A stretch of DNA of 64,000 nucleotides from Hemiscyllium ocellatum (GCF_020745735.1 NC_083445.1:26286324-26350323); one strand, 5' to 3'. Counted from the stretch's first letter, positions 50,209 through 64,000 are shown. Notes: generated by a model from the sequence alone, not told the origin. Translations and numbers: made by a program.

Positions 50209-51329
50209 TCTTAAAAGATTGTGGACGAAACTTGAGTTTGCTTCATCCTTTCTTGAAGGCCTATTAGTAATGATATACTGTCCCAAATTGTCGTGCCCTA
50301 CTCCCTTCGAAGCCAGATGCATTTGCCCAGTCACATGTGGTTGTCTTTTATCGAATCATTTGGGTTAATGCTCGGCACTCTTTGTCCCACTCTTGTTAAT
50401 CGATCTTTCGCTTGGTATTTCTTATGGAAAACTCCAGAGGTGGAATGATCAGACAACACGGAGATCTTCGATGGTTCTTGTTATGTCACGAGGTTCACAG
50501 CCTAAGGTGAAGTAATGTTAAAAGTCAGGAGCTTGACCCCGCCAGAGACTATCACAAGGTAGTCCAGAGAGTTAGAAAGCTTACAGTACTCTGTCTAACA
50601 TAAAACTACTCCCAAAGTCGCTCCAGCCTAGGTTTGTCATGGATACATCTCAACACAAAGATTTACTAGTTAAACACTCAGCAGCCAAAAAGTCTAAAGT
50701 TCAGAGAGGAATACAGTGACAACACATGGACAAACCAGGGTTAATTCTTAAATCTGGAGTTTTTCTAACACATAAGTAACATGGAGCACAAATTCCAGGA
50801 ACCCATGTTGTCACACCACAGCTGCCAAATTCCCCGGGAATCAGACTGGGATCTATCTGATACAAAGATATTAGTGAACAGCAAACATCAAAAATTGTCA
50901 ACCAGAGATCGATGTTGATCAGGAGATCAGTAATACTGGAAAAACTCAGCTATTGGAACCCATATGCCGCAAGACAGAATTCAGCACCAACAGTACCAAC
51001 CTATCCAACTGGTAATGAGACGTTACACCTTCCCACCAGTTATACTTTCTTTATTCTGGGAGCTCCATACCTATTATGAATTCGCCATGGAAAGAGTTGT
51101 AGACATTTCAAATCACCAATGAATTAATGTTTCCCTTGGCCAAATCTGACCTATTGGTCAGCCTGGAACAACCAAACACTGCTGATCGTTTGAGAAGTGA
51201 TAAGCTCTTGTCAAAAACAGGCTTTTCAATTTACTTCCATTTATCATTTGATTATTAAACAGGAACCATAAGGCTTCATGAAAAAAAAACTAAAGCACAT
51301 GTCAGTACACTGTCCCCAGTCACATGGAT

Positions 51330-52345
51330 AAAGAGCTGGCTGTAAGACAGGAAACAGTGTCGAAATGAACAAACTTTTTTTCTCAATGACCGAGAGTGAA
51401 TAGTGTCAAGCATCAGTGTTTGGGTTCAGCTATTCACAATCTGTGGGAATGATTTAGTGGAAGGAACTAGATATAAAACTCTCCAAACTTTCAGATGACA
51501 AAAAACTGGGTGGGATGGTGAGCTGGGAGGAGAATGCAGAGATGCTTCAGTCTGATTTGGACATGTTGAATGAGTGAGTAAATGCATGGCAGGTGAACTA
51601 TAATGGAGACAAATATGTGTTTATTCACTTTCAGAGCAAAACCAGGCAAGACCACTATTCCCTGGATGGTGAGTGATTGGGAAAGGGGGAGGTGCAATGG
51701 GTCCTGGGTGTCCCTGTACACCATGGAAAGGAAGCAGGCAGGTGCAGCACAGGCTGAAGAAGGGAAATGGTATGTTGGCCTTCACAGTGAGAGGCATGTT
51801 CTGCTGCAATTGTACAGGGTCTTGGTGAGACCATCCCTGAAGTATTATGTGCTGTGTTGGTCTCCTTTACCTGAGGAAGGATGTCCTGACGACAGACGGA
51901 GTGTAGCAAACCTTTACCAGACTGATTCCTGTGATTACAGGAATGAGGTCTGAATAGAGATTAGATTGGTTAGGATGATATTCACTGGAGTTGAGGGAAT
52001 GAAAGGGGATCTCAGAGCCTACAAGCATCGAACAGGACAAGACAGGGTTAACACAGGAAGGATGTTCTGATTACCAGGCTGTCCAGAAGCAAGGGTGACA
52101 GTCGAAGGATACAGCAGGGTCATTTAGGACAAAGATGATGAGAAACCACTTCACCCAGAGATTGGAGAGAATGTGGAATTCGATGCCACAGAAAGAATTG
52201 AAGTCAAAGCGTTGAATGTTGTAAGGAAGGTGATAGATCCAGTTATTAGGGTTAGCAGGATGAAAGCTTTTGGGAAGTAACAAGAACATGGCACTGAGAT
52301 GATAATTAGCCATGACAGAATTGAATGAGTGAGCAGTTTTGAGGG
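51330..52345 (+). mobile_element. Old CR1-like LINE, 3' part
   Basis: FSDDKKLGG and LQLYRVLVRPSLKYYVLCWSP motifs. Confidence 0.7.
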
Positions 52346-53399
52346 AATGACTGGCCTAATCTTGCTCCTGTTTACTTTGTTCCTTTATTCCTCATGGACC
52401 ACCACATGTCATCCTGTAATCACTTAGTCACACCTCGGTTTAAAATAATCCATCTCTTCAGAAACTGTGGCACAATGTTCTGGGAAAAAGAAATCACAGA
52501 ATAAATGCTGAACAGACCCAACAGGTCTGGTGTCAGTTGTGCAGAGAGAAACACAGGGAGTGTTTTGATTGAGAGCTCTTCCAGACTCGAGTCTAGGGTT
52601 GGGTGTGACCTATTAATAAAAATTTAACGTGTGGAACCCTTGGCGAATTAATGCATTTTAATCCGCTATGTTTTCACCATCATGAACCCCAGGATATAGA
52701 TGCACATAGGAAGATGGCTGTGGTTGTGTCAAATGCAACATGTTCTGGACAATATCTAGGTTTGTGCTGGAAAGTGGCAAGTAATGTTTGTCCCACACCA
52801 ACGCCAGGCAATGGTCATCTCCAATCAGTCAAATCTAGCCACTACCCCTTGACGTCTGTTACCATCACTGAATCCACTACTATCAACATCCTTGTGTTAC
52901 AATTAACCAGAAGCTGAACTGGACTAGCCTTTTAAATTACAGTGGCTGCAAGAGAATGTCAGAGCTTAGAGAGTCCTGAATCATATCACTCATATCCTAA
53001 CTGCCTAACGTTGGTCCACCATCTACAAGGCACAAGTCAGAAGTGTGATGGAATACTCACCACTTGCCTGAATGGGTGCAGCTCCAGCTGAACTCAACAG
53101 TATCCAGGACAATGTACATTTGATTAGCACTACATCCTCAAATAAGCAGTCAGTCCACAAACAATGCTCATTCGCAATAGCAAGTACTATATGCAGTTGC
53201 ACTGCAGAAATTCACCAATGCTCCTCGGATAATGCCTTCCAAACTGATGACCACTCCCATCCAGTAAGACAAGGGCAGCAGATCAAAGGGGCACCTGCCC
53301 CTGCAAGTAAACCTCCAGATCTGTCGTCATTCAGAATTGGAAATATATTACTGTTCTTTCAGCGTTGTTGATTCAATATCCTGGCATTCCTTTCCTTAC

Positions 53400-53576
53400 A
53401 GAATCGGGTCTGGAGAGGATTAGGTCTGGAGGGGTTTGGGTGTAAATGGGTTGGGTGTGGAGGAGATTGGGCGTGGACGTGATTGTGCATGGAAATGATT
53501 GGGTCTCGAGGGGATTGTGTCTGATAGGGATTGTATCTGGTAGGGATTGTGTCTGGTGGGGATTGGGTTTGGAGTC
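53400..53576. repeat. Degenerate ~15-bp G-rich minisatellite (GGGGATTG(G/T)GTCTG-like)
   Basis: About 11-12 diverged units visible by eye. Confidence 0.7.
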
Positions 53577-56500
53577 TGTTATGACACAGCAGTTAAACTT
53601 TCTGCTAAGTAACTCAAGCACCCAGAAAAGCTCAGCTCGCTTTTCGAATCTGTTAAAATATGAGTGACAGAGAACTCCCACATTCGACTATTTAAAGAAA
53701 AAAAAATTCTTTAAATCTAAAACTGATTATTAAACAATAAATATTTACAACTCTAAACCTCCTTTCTCTTAAAGGTCTGTTATCCATCTCCAACGCTACA
53801 AAAATATACTGATACAGTAAAAATGTCTGTTAAAATTGCAGCAACTTAATTTTCAAAACTAGACATTTGCTGTAGTGTTTGATGTCTGGCTCCTTTCAGC
53901 TGAAGATCTCCCTGGGTTATCTTCAGTCTTTTGCTGAAAAGATGTTTCATATGAAAAGATAACCTTGATAGAGAGTGTTTGGCTGGTCTTTACTCTGATG
54001 ATGGCAGTTAGTTCTTCTCTCCCTGGATAATTCTCAGCTTCTTTTATACCCAATCAATCATCAGATTATCTCATTGCTTCAATGTTGTCATAAGAGTAAA
54101 ATTCAAATTGAATTGGCTTTTAGTATCCTGGGGCTTAACTTAAATTGATTAGTAAAATCTGAACTATTGTAAACATAGAAGCCAAATGTTACATTATTTC
54201 AATCTTCCCGTACAACCTGAGATTGCTAGTCAGTCACATGACAGGTGCCTGCAAACTCTCAATGCTAAAACAATTTTCACCCTCTGTTAAAGGTACAGTA
54301 CACACTTCAACTTCATAACACCAACACCCTTAAGAAAAAAAGTCATCATAATGAAAATATAGCTGTTTTTTTTAAAAATCCTTAGTCCCATCAAAATGAA
54401 ATACACACCTCCCCACCACACACACAACATCAGTATTTGTTCAATCTTATCCATACTTTCTTCGTTAAGTCTGAGATAACATCTGCTATCACAGTTTTGC
54501 GAAACACAACATGTATATTTTTTTTAAATTAAAAGTCTGTAACATAAGACTCCATGAAAATAATCCCATATTCTTGTCCTTGAAGTATTTCAAGAATGTA
54601 AGAGGATTGTGACCCGTGTAGACAAATGTCTTCGACACATTGTTCGTCACATAAACATTAAAATGCTGGAAGGTCAGTACCAAACACAATAATTATTTTT
54701 TCGACGGTAGAGTATTTCCTGGAAAAGTAACCAACTGGCCTTTCAACTCTATCATCATCTTCCTGGAGTAGGACAGCTCCAACTCCTCTGTTGTTTGAAT
54801 TGATTGCAACTTTGAAGGGTTTTAGAACGTTTGATTTAGCTAAAACTGTTGCAGTGGTTAATACTGATTTTAAATTATCAAATGCCTCCTGGCAATGTTC
54901 TGTCCACCAAAACTTCGTGTTCATTTTCAGCAAATTGATTTGCCATGTTATTATGCTGCTAAGTTTGGAACAAACTTCCAGCAAAATCTCCTCGAATGCA
55001 TTCGTCTTGACTTTTCTTGTAGTCAACACTTCATGAACATCACTTCTACCTTCGTGAATTATGTTTTCTTTAAGTTTATTACCAGTTTTTACAATTATAC
55101 CATGTGACTTTCCATGACTCACTAAAGATCACGACATCATCCAGACGGACTGCACAGCTTGTTAACTCAGTTCATGAGTCTTTGGAATGTGGCTGGTGTG
55201 TTCTTCATTCCAATAGGCATCACTTTGAATTGACATAGCTCATCTGGGGGTTACACATGCGGAAATGTATTTCACTGTCTCTGATAACAATACCTGCCAA
55301 TAACCAAATAGTGAGTCCATCATTGTAATGTAACTGGATTGTCCAAACTTCTCTACAAAGTGCACCACTATTGTTATTGGGTACGAATCTGATTTGGATA
55401 CGACGTTGCCCTTCTGATAATCCACACAAAATCATTGAGTCTCGTCAGGTTTAGAAACTAACACAAACAGCAAACCCCACTCACTCTGACTGGGTTCGAC
55501 GGTATCTTCGTTGAGCATTGCATCCACCTCCTTCTGGACCTGTGTGGCTTTGAAAGGATTGAGGTGATAGGGGTGATGTTTTCTCACAACAGCATTCCCT
55601 ATCTCTAACTAATGCACAATAGCATTAGTCTTCCCCATCTTGTACCTGCACATGTCATTATTTGGCTGTAACAAACCTTTCAACTTTGTTCTTTGTTCCT
55701 GAGACAGATACTTTACAAACCTATCCCACTCCTCAAGGAATTACATAACATGTTTTGAGGCACATCAAACTCCATAACATCTGGATTTGATTCCTCAACT
55801 ATGCGGCAGTAACTAAAACCTGTTTCTCCAGTTCCCTCTCTCGAGTATAATACGATTTCAACATAATCACACAACATTACCGATTTTTTTTCTCTATCTG
55901 GCATTTTTACCACATGGTTTACCTGACTCAACCTTTTCTCAATTTGGTCGGGACCACTAAACCTGGGATCTCCTACCAGTGGTAACAATACTAATACGTC
56001 ACCCCATGTGAAAATGCCTGAACTCCCAAGTTATTATTTGCTACCTGCTTCATTCTATTCTGTGCGCTTTTCAGGTGCTAACTCACCTAAATGATTTAGT
56101 CCCTCGCTCACCTCCAAAACCTAATCCAAGTGGGAGATCTCTGAATTTGGTCCTGTCTATTTCTATTTAATTAATATCAAAGGCCCTCTCACTTCATATC
56201 TGAATATTAACTCAAAGGGAATAAACTGAGTAGATTCATTTGGGGCATCTCTAATAGCAAACAATACCAATGGGATAGCTTTATCCCAATCATTCAGGTA
56301 ATCCTGACTGTATGTTCTTAACAAGGTCTTCAGGGACTGATGCCACCTTTGCACTCTATCAAATCTCACCCTGGGATTCAAGATGATACACAGTTGATCC
56401 GAAGTGCTGCATACCCAAGCTATCCATGACTTCCTTAAACAGCCGAGCACTAGCAGATATCAATGAGAGAGGGTCATATATTTTTGTGGCTAGTTCATGT

Positions 56501-59500
56501 CCATGCATCCTGGTGGCTGGTTTCTGCCAGTTTGTCCAATGTAGTGTTGTTTCAGTTCTTGCAAGGTATTTTATAAAGTACAATATTTTTGCATGTTGTC
56601 TGTGTAGGGTCTTTCTTGTTTATTAGCTGCTGTTGGAGTGTGTTGGTGCTTTTGGCATGTATGATATGTACGGCAAAAGTTAGCCATGTCCTTGAAAATT
56701 ACAGGCCAATAGAAATGCTTTTGTACATTAGCCTGTGTTTTCCTTACACCTAGGTGAATTCCTGCAGGTAGTTCATTTGCTACCTGTAACACGCCCCGTC
56801 TGTACTGGCAACAAAATCTGGTGCACTTCAGCCCATTTCTCCTCTGCACTAACCTGCCGTGGTCTTCATTTTCATCTTCAAATTCTATCTTTGAGATAAT
56901 AAACCTCAGGAATATTCTCTGTCTCATTTTCTGAGTAGGCACCAACATAGATGTCTTTTATTGTCTCGTCTTTCTGTCGTAAGGCCATAAGCCTTTGAGG
57001 ACCCAGAACTAACCAGTTCTGTCTGACTCTCTGTCTGTGCAGGTTATTTCCTGCACCATTATGTCAAACAGGGCCTCTACTGAATGAACTTCAAATCATT
57101 CATTTTTATCTTCAGTTTTTGCTTCGTCCCGTGACTTATGATAGCGGGATATTGTTACCACACAATCTGGGAAAATACCAGGGTATTCTTCTTTAACTCC
57201 GGCCTTACTTGGGCTTTTCCAAAACAAGAGATGTCACTCCCACCTTGGTTCCTGATAAATTGCTCCCAAGAACAAATTGAATTCCTGGAACTGACACTCT
57301 GCCAACCACTCCCTCTTCTATTTCCCCAGTACTGAGTCAGCACTCTAACCTGATATTACATCAGGGAATGTTAAAGTTCTGTCCATCTATCCAACCAATT
57401 TCCACACTCACTGCTAACAGGTTAGAAAAAGCGCAAATGTGTTCATCTATTACAATTAGATACGGGTTTCATCTTGTATCTCTCAATATTGTAACTTCTT
57501 TCCCTTCTGCCCCTGTGGTTCCTGAGTAAACTTTACCCACAGAGGCAAATTCTTTCTAGAGATCAGGCACTAAGTCCATACCCAGCCCCTGCCTAGGCTG
57601 TGCCCTTTACTGCAACTCCTCAGCATTACTTTGGCGTTTCCTTTACTACCCTCACTAATGCCACGGTCTTAGGCTCTTTTACCACATCTTTTCCCACAGT
57701 ACTTTTTTTAACGACCAGCGCTGTGACTTTATGTGTCCCACTTTACCACGGTTGAAACCCCTGAGGCCTTTCACCTCCTTTCCACCCTCTTGGGCTTCCA
57801 ACGTAATCTGTGGTAAACACTTACCAGTGTTCTCTACTCTTCGTTTCACAGCGTAGGACCTCCCCTTCTCCAACATCTATCCCTCACAGGATGAAATTCT
57901 TGCCAGGAACTAAACTTTGCCTTATGCACCAGTGTATATTCATCTGTCATCTCTGCTGCTCTTCTCACATCCTGAACTTTCTGTTCATCCACATGAATTC
58001 TTATCATCTCTGGAAGTGAGTTTTTTTGTAATCTCCTCTACTCAGAATAATCTCTCTAAGATCCACATAGGTCTTATCTATTTTTTTAAGACACACACCA
58101 TCTATCAAAATTACTATTTTCAATTCTTTCGAACTGAACATCAGTCCAACCTGGTTCCTTCTTTATGTTTCTGCAACGCTGTCTGTATGCTTATGGTACC
58201 AATTCATAAGCACTCAAAATAGCCTGTTTTACATCTTCATAAACTCTTTAACCCTCATCTGACAGCGCTGCAATTTACTGATGAGCTCTGCCTCCCAGTT
58301 TAGTCTGAACTAGCATTACTCACAAGTCTTCCGACCTCTCCATCTGCCTAGTTAATTTTTCAAATGAAATAAAGAAGGCTTCGACATATTTCTCATCAGA
58401 ATGTGGCAATGTTTTAACATATTTGTACATATCACTGCCTTCTATCTTCATCTCCATCCTGTTAACTTGAATTTGCTGACTAAGTTCAAATTTTCTCTCT
58501 TTTATTCGCTCCCTTTCTTCTTTCCCTATTTCTCTCTCCCTTTCTCTTCCTTCTCTCTTTCTTTCTCTCTGCCTTTCTTTTTCTTCTCCGTCTTTTTGTG
58601 TATTTTCTAACTCCTTTTTCTTCAAATGGAATTTTAGTTTTTTTCTAACTCTGCTGTTTGTGTCTGTTTCTCTAATACAACCAAATATTTGAGGAACTCC
58701 CGTATAATTTCAGCCTTACTTTTGTCCTTAGTTAAACCCAACTCTAACCTCTTTGCTAATTCTAAAAGTAAGGTTACTTTCCTTCCTTCTTAATGTTCCT
58801 GGCAAATCCTGGAATCATCTTTAATCTCTGGAACCTCTTTACCAATGTTAAGAGGAATTTCTTTCACTTTTAATTGAACCAACTACAAGTAACCAAAATT
58901 AAGCAAATTGTCTCATTTATGCTTTATTTATAGATGTAGGAAAATAATCGGCAAGCGTTTGAATCTGCTGGGATGTTTTGTACCACAAATGTGTTCTCAT
59001 TTGTCCAAATCTCAGATTGGATCAGTTTAAACCTCTTCAAATCTCGGGTGAGCACCCAAACTATTACGACAGTGATAACCCGTTCTGCTAATTAAACCAA
59101 ACACACAGAAAAGCTCACCTTGCTTCATATTATGTTCAAGTATGAGTGGCAGAAAACTCCCAAATACCACTATCTAAAGGAAAACATAACAGTTTTATTC
59201 TTTCACTCCAAACGTGACCATTTGACAACAACCATTTACAACTCCAAGCCTCATTTGTCTTAAAGAATTGTTATCTACCTCCCAATCTATAACAATGTAC
59301 TGATCTGATAAAGCGTTTATTAATTTACAGCAAGTCAATTTTCAAAACCAGACAATGGCTATCATCTCCAGTGTTGTCCTCCTCTGTTTGTAGATCTTCC
59401 TGTGTCATCTTCGGTCTTCTGCTGCAAAGGTGTTTCATATGAGAAAGGTAACTTTCAGAGAGAGGCTTTTCGGGCAGTCTGTCTGACAATGGCAAGTGGC

Positions 59501-59608
59501 GCTCTTTCTCTGGATAACTCTCTGAAATGCTTGCTTTTATATGCCAAAAAATTGGGTCATCTCATTGGTTTGTTGTTGAAGAAGCAGTACATCTTCTGTT
59601 GTTGAACA
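53577..59608 (-). mobile_element. Gmr1-like LTR retrotransposon with both LTRs, degenerate
   Basis: LTRs 53577-54320 and ~59063-59608; tRNA-Pro-like PBS remnant (TGGGTGCTCACCCGAGATTT); gag, integrase (HLGVRKTQ...KHFYWP; WDKAIPLVLFAIRDAPNEST), RT, RNase H. Confidence 0.88.
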
Positions 59609-60529
59609 GGGTGATGGAAAGGTGGAATTCACTACTTGTTAGGAGTAGAAACCGTCAACGCGTTGAACAAGGATTTAGATGTGCACTTGTGATGCCAATG
59701 CATTCAGGGATAAGGGGCAAGTACTGAAAAATGTGGTTAGAATAGTTAGATAGTGGTTAGGAGGACTTGATGGGCTGAAGGGCCTTTCTCTGTGCAGCTG
59801 ACTTTATTACAAAATCTGGCTTCTTGATCTGAACTAGTTTCCTTCTATTTGGGTCAGCACGTTATGTGAAAGGCAGGATAGGTATCTCAGATCGATAGTG
59901 ATGCCTGCAGCACAACTGGGGAATATGTTAAAGCAAACCTTCTCTGTGATATTGGGAGAATCCAGGCAGCAGGAAAAGAACAGGATGTTGTTTCACAGAG
60001 CTTTGTTTTGAGTGGTCAGGTTACAGCACTGCATTTCCCTCCCTGACCCTCAGAGATTGTTGCCTGAACACAAGCAGTTGGGTACAACAGGGCTTTCCCC
60101 CTCATGCTGCCAGCTGAGGATGACTGACCCCAGACACAACTGACCAGACTCGCAAGGAAGGAAATTGAGACATTGACAAACTGCTCCTTGAAGCCCTTGT
60201 CCCTTATTAACAGCAGGGTGGATACGGAGAACCAATTTCCATTGAGATCGAAATACACTGGTTTCATTTTATTGATTCAAAACAGCAAGTGTCAGGAAGG
60301 AATTAATATCCTGTATTGAGTGGTAAATGTCTTCATTTCATAGCCTGAGAGTGTGTTGGAGCCAAAATCAATCCTGGTTTCTGAAGAGAATCGGATCACT
60401 ATCTGAAGAGAAAATGATTCGGAGGCAACGAGAAAAGATAAGACTGGGTGGATTGCTCTGAGAGAGAGCTGACACAAACATGATGAGCCAAATGGCCGAT
60501 TTCTGTACTGTAGCTATAACCATCCCACC

Positions 60530-60725
60530 GACCTTTCCCCCAGCTCCAACCCCCTCCCTCCATTTATGTCTTATTCCCCCTTCCCCCTTCCTCAGTCCTG
60601 ATGAAGGGTCCTGCCTGAAACGTCGACTCTCCTGCTCCTCTGATGCTCCCTGACCTGCTGTGCTTTTTCCAGCTCCACAATTTATCGACTCTGAATTTCC
60701 AGCCTCTTCAGTCCTCACTATCTCC
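60530..60725 (+). mobile_element. Single Penelope pLTR
   Basis: Same pLTR sequence as the 19002-19130 region, in forward orientation. Confidence 0.75.
60594..60628 (+). ncRNA. Minimal type-I hammerhead ribozyme motif
   Basis: agtc-CUGAUGA-A-GGGU ccu GCCU-GAAAC-GUC-gact; perfect 4-bp stem I (AGTC/GACT). Confidence 0.65.
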
Positions 60726-60955
60726 AAGCATCAATAATTTTATGCAATCCTCAATATATTCCCTTATTATATCACTACAGCTCAATGAAATATCCTGCAC
60801 TCATGAAGATAGCTGTCCTTAGACAATAAGCTAATTATTTAAACTCATGATCTAATGTCCCATATAGCCTTGGGCAGTACTTACAATGAACAAAATATAA
60901 AAAAACAACTGACCTACCTCTCCTAATATCTTACTTTGCTGGAATTAAGTCGCAG

Positions 60956-61169
60956 GGTAAAAAATGAGGTCTGCAGATGCAGGAGATCACAGCTGAAAAT
61001 GTGTTGCTGGTTAAAGGACAGCAGGTCAGGCAGCATCCAAGGAACAGGAAATTCGACGTTTCGGGCATAAGCCCTTCATCAGGATGAAGGTCTTATGCCC
61101 GAAACGTCGAATTTCCTGTTCCTTGGATGCTGCCTAACCTGCTGTGCTTTAACCAGCAACACATTTTCA
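60956..61169. mobile_element. Young palindromic Penelope-pLTR insert with 18-bp TSD
   Basis: Near-perfect ~90-bp arms; TSD GCTGGAATTAA(G/A)TCGCAG at 60938-60955 and 61170-61187. Confidence 0.88.
61051..61086 (-). ncRNA. Minimal hammerhead ribozyme motif (intact core)
   Basis: - strand: atc-CUGAUGA-A-GGGC uuau GCCC-GAAAC-GUC-gaat. Confidence 0.68.
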
Positions 61170-61899
61170 GCTGGAATTAAATCGCAGTCAATGGAATCTT
61201 TAACTCCTGAACTCTCGGCTTCTGAAATGTTTCCACACAATCGTATTTAATGGTGAAAGAGTTTGGTTTAAATATATAACCAAGGGGTGACCCTCTCACA
61301 TTCCTGAGCACTGATGTCAAAACACAGCAGCATTACCCATGCACAGAGCGAAGAAGCACATTGATCCCTACTCCCTGCATACGGTCCAGGGATCATCCCA
61401 TGGAATAATGTGGTGTGCAATTTCCAAACTTGTCGTTGTTTCCTTAAATTTTTGTTATAGAGTGAAGCCTGATGAGACGGATTTATCTCGATCATTGACT
61501 AGTCGTTATTTGAATGCTCCCATTGTAAAATATTATCTTTGGCCTCATCCCACCCATGCTAAGACCATTACTACAGATTGCTGGCATCATTGTTTATTCT
61601 GTTACATCCTCTAAAAAGCACAAAGACAGATTGAATGGCTCTGTCTGACGGACACAAAATAACATATTGCTTGGTGCAAAGCATTATCCCTTGGATCTAA
61701 TGAGTTTGGGTCCTCTGAAATTCTGATGATATCTTTATATTTTAAAATAAAAATAGAAAATGTTGGAGACAGGTCTGGCAGCATCTGTGGAGAAACAAAT
61801 AGGGTTAACTTTTTGGGTGCAATCACTTGGGTTTGGATTTGGTTGAGTTCATGTTAGATTAAAGTATGTTGCGGGAAATGGTTCCGTTCTCCGTTCAGT

Positions 61900-62829
61900 T
61901 CCGTTGACATCATTTGGTTAATTTTACACACAACTGTAATAAAGGGATATTGCAGCATACTCTTTAATTGTTGCCTGGACTTAGTTTGGGTCACGGAATA
62001 AATGCAAGTGTTTGTGCAGCAGTTTGGGAGTTGAGGAATGAGTCCTATTTCTTGTACAAAGCGAGGTATCCATACAGATGTACCGACTGAAAGTTGTATT
62101 TTGTTCCATATATAATACAGCAGGTAGACGGATCACAGCAGGATCAAATTCCCTGAGATTACAAACAGTAAAATGATGGATTTCCTTTGGCTCTCATTCT
62201 CTCCAGTCACCAGAACATTTCCCATTGCTTTGTCCGCAGATTCTCTGGTGAGGTCTATTAGTTACGAAAATATATCTGACAGTTAAAGCATTGAACAGGA
62301 AAAGATGGGAAGCCTGGAGTTAAAATATAATAAGTGCTGACTATATAATATATATATATAATTGCTGACTATATTGCTGAGAGTCAAACATTCCTTCTTG
62401 TATGACAAATCCAAGGAACATTACCAGTAGAGTAGTGACCTATGAACATAAAACACCAGATTTATTTTATACAGCTCAGCACTGTCCATGTTTCTAGAAA
62501 GACAGCTGCTGTTTTCTCAGTGCATTGTTTATTTTTCAGCTTCTGACAACAAATGGCTACATATTGATCAAAGGTGAGCATGACAGTGAACCAGACAGAT
62601 CAGTCTGTGATTGCATATAACAAGACAGCTTGGATATTAAACATGGGGGTGGGGGCGGGTGTAAAGAAGGGGTAGAAATAGATCATACAAGTAATTGGAA
62701 TATGCTGTAATATCAGATCTATGATGATGACCAGTAGATGCGATGCTGTCATGGCCACCACGTAACTAGTGATACACTTAGACACACCGCACTTTCCCAT
62801 AGACAATATCACCATCACAATGATGTTGA
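61900..62829 (-). pseudogene. GPR139/GPR142-like class A GPCR pseudogene (main coding exon)
   Basis: Acceptor CCTTACAG| then VNIIVMVILSMGKCGVSKCITSYVVAMTASHLLVII...AVLLYAITD*SVWFTVMLTFDQYVAICCQKLK...FNALTVRYI...RKSIILLFVISGN...CCTNTCIYSVTQTK...QYPF; in-frame stops (e.g. TGA at 62600-62602) and frameshifts. The 3' end is approximate. Confidence 0.85.
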
Positions 62830-62944
62830 CTGTAAGGAAGGAAAATACGGAAGAAAGTAATAAATAATGTTGAGAGCAGCACTCTTTCTTGGACTGAGTG
62901 TATCTGGTGATGAGATAATAAGTTGCAACATTCAGACATGGTAC

Positions 62945-64000
62945 TATTTGATTTGATTTATTGTTGTCACATGTACTGACATACAGTGAAAAATGTTGTT
63001 TTGTGTGCTCTACAGATAGATTGTACCTTACAAAGTGCATCAGGAGAGCAGAATAGAGTACAGGACACAATGTTAAACAGACGGTTAAGAGAGAGATCAA
63101 CATTTACATTTGAGAGCTTCATTCAAAAGTCTTCGAACAACAGGAGAGAACCTGTTCCTGAATCTGTTTGTACATGTATTCAAACTTTTATATCTGACAG
63201 AAGAGGATGGAAGAGAGTATAACCGGGTGGTAGGGGTCATTGAATATGTTGGTTATGGGATGTTTGTTTGAAATGGATTGAAAATCATTGGGAACTTGCT
63301 TTTGGAAAAGGTTCCTGTGGGAGCCCACTGATCACAAGCTTCCCGTCAGAGAAACACCCGTCAGTCATCAACCTCTGCTCCTGCCACTAAGTCAATTGCA
63401 AATCCAATGTTCCACATTTCCTTGCATGCCAATGGGATCCGTTCCAACCTCCATAAACTTCGGGTTATCCCGAATCCGACTGCATTGCCTTACTGAATGA
63501 GATGAGGAAAGCAATCCAGTGAAACCTGGATGAGAGGATTACTACCTGTGGATCAATGCTTGCCTAGTACGCCAAAGGCAGCAAGTACAGGATAATAAGT
63601 CTCTTCAAGTCTCACAAGGTCATGAAATATCTGGGATTCCTTTGGAAAACTCTTGTCTATTCCTTTCATCTCGATGGAGATATTGGTCGTGTTGATGTCA
63701 GTGCAGATGGCTGACCCAACACTGCAGCATGTTAACTGAAATGACTCCTCTATTAAGAGAAGCAGGAAACTCCAGAAGAATCATCAGGGCTGAACAGAAT
63801 GAATCTGTCCTTAAAACACTCCTTAGTGATCGTCTTTTTCCTACCCCGTGCCTTAAAAGTAATAAAGCAATGTTCTTCACCGAGACACTGTAAAACACGC
63901 TGTGACATTGAGCCACATATGAGATAGTTGGTCAAGCCTGCAGGTTCGGAGGAGGAGGGTTGCTCAAGGGGAAATATGAGATGGAGAATACGAGGTGGAT
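62945..64000 (-). mobile_element. LINE 3' region (Rex1/L2-like, family uncertain); similar short copy at ~12075-12360
   Basis: (ATTTG)n tail followed by TTGTCACATGTAC...CAGTGAAAA, shared by both sites. Confidence 0.5.

Noticed and set aside
50479-50815. Possible solo LTR of a second family
   Set aside because: TG...CA-like ends are present, but there is no TSD and only weak similarity to the 10437 LTR; not supportable without alignment.

Overview
Repeat-dense vertebrate DNA from a cartilaginous fish (inferred from the shark-type IgM, V-SINEs and GPR139-like gene). The core is one complete, intact, + strand IgM heavy-chain cluster whose V, D and J are already fused in one RSS-free exon (leader 18331-18376; VDJ 18491-18850; Cmu1-4 at 36380-39367; TM1/TM2 at 49498-49773). 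All splice junctions are in frame, predicting a 585-aa secreted and a 610-aa membrane chain. It resembles the germline-joined nurse-shark IgM1gj class but keeps an open Cmu2 exon, and skipping Cmu2 would create a TGA stop. The rest is mostly mobile DNA: Gmr1-type LTR retrotransposons (integrase before RT) and solo LTRs, many CR1 LINEs (one 5'-inverted), V-SINEs, and Penelope-derived pieces, including ~200-bp hairpin inserts with 12-18 bp target-site duplications that carry minimal hammerhead-ribozyme motifs. A GPR139/142-like GPCR pseudogene lies on the - strand near 62 kb, and there is a 208-nt N gap. Exon coordinates were read directly from splice sites; repeat boundaries are approximate, and family names come from motif recognition without database searches.
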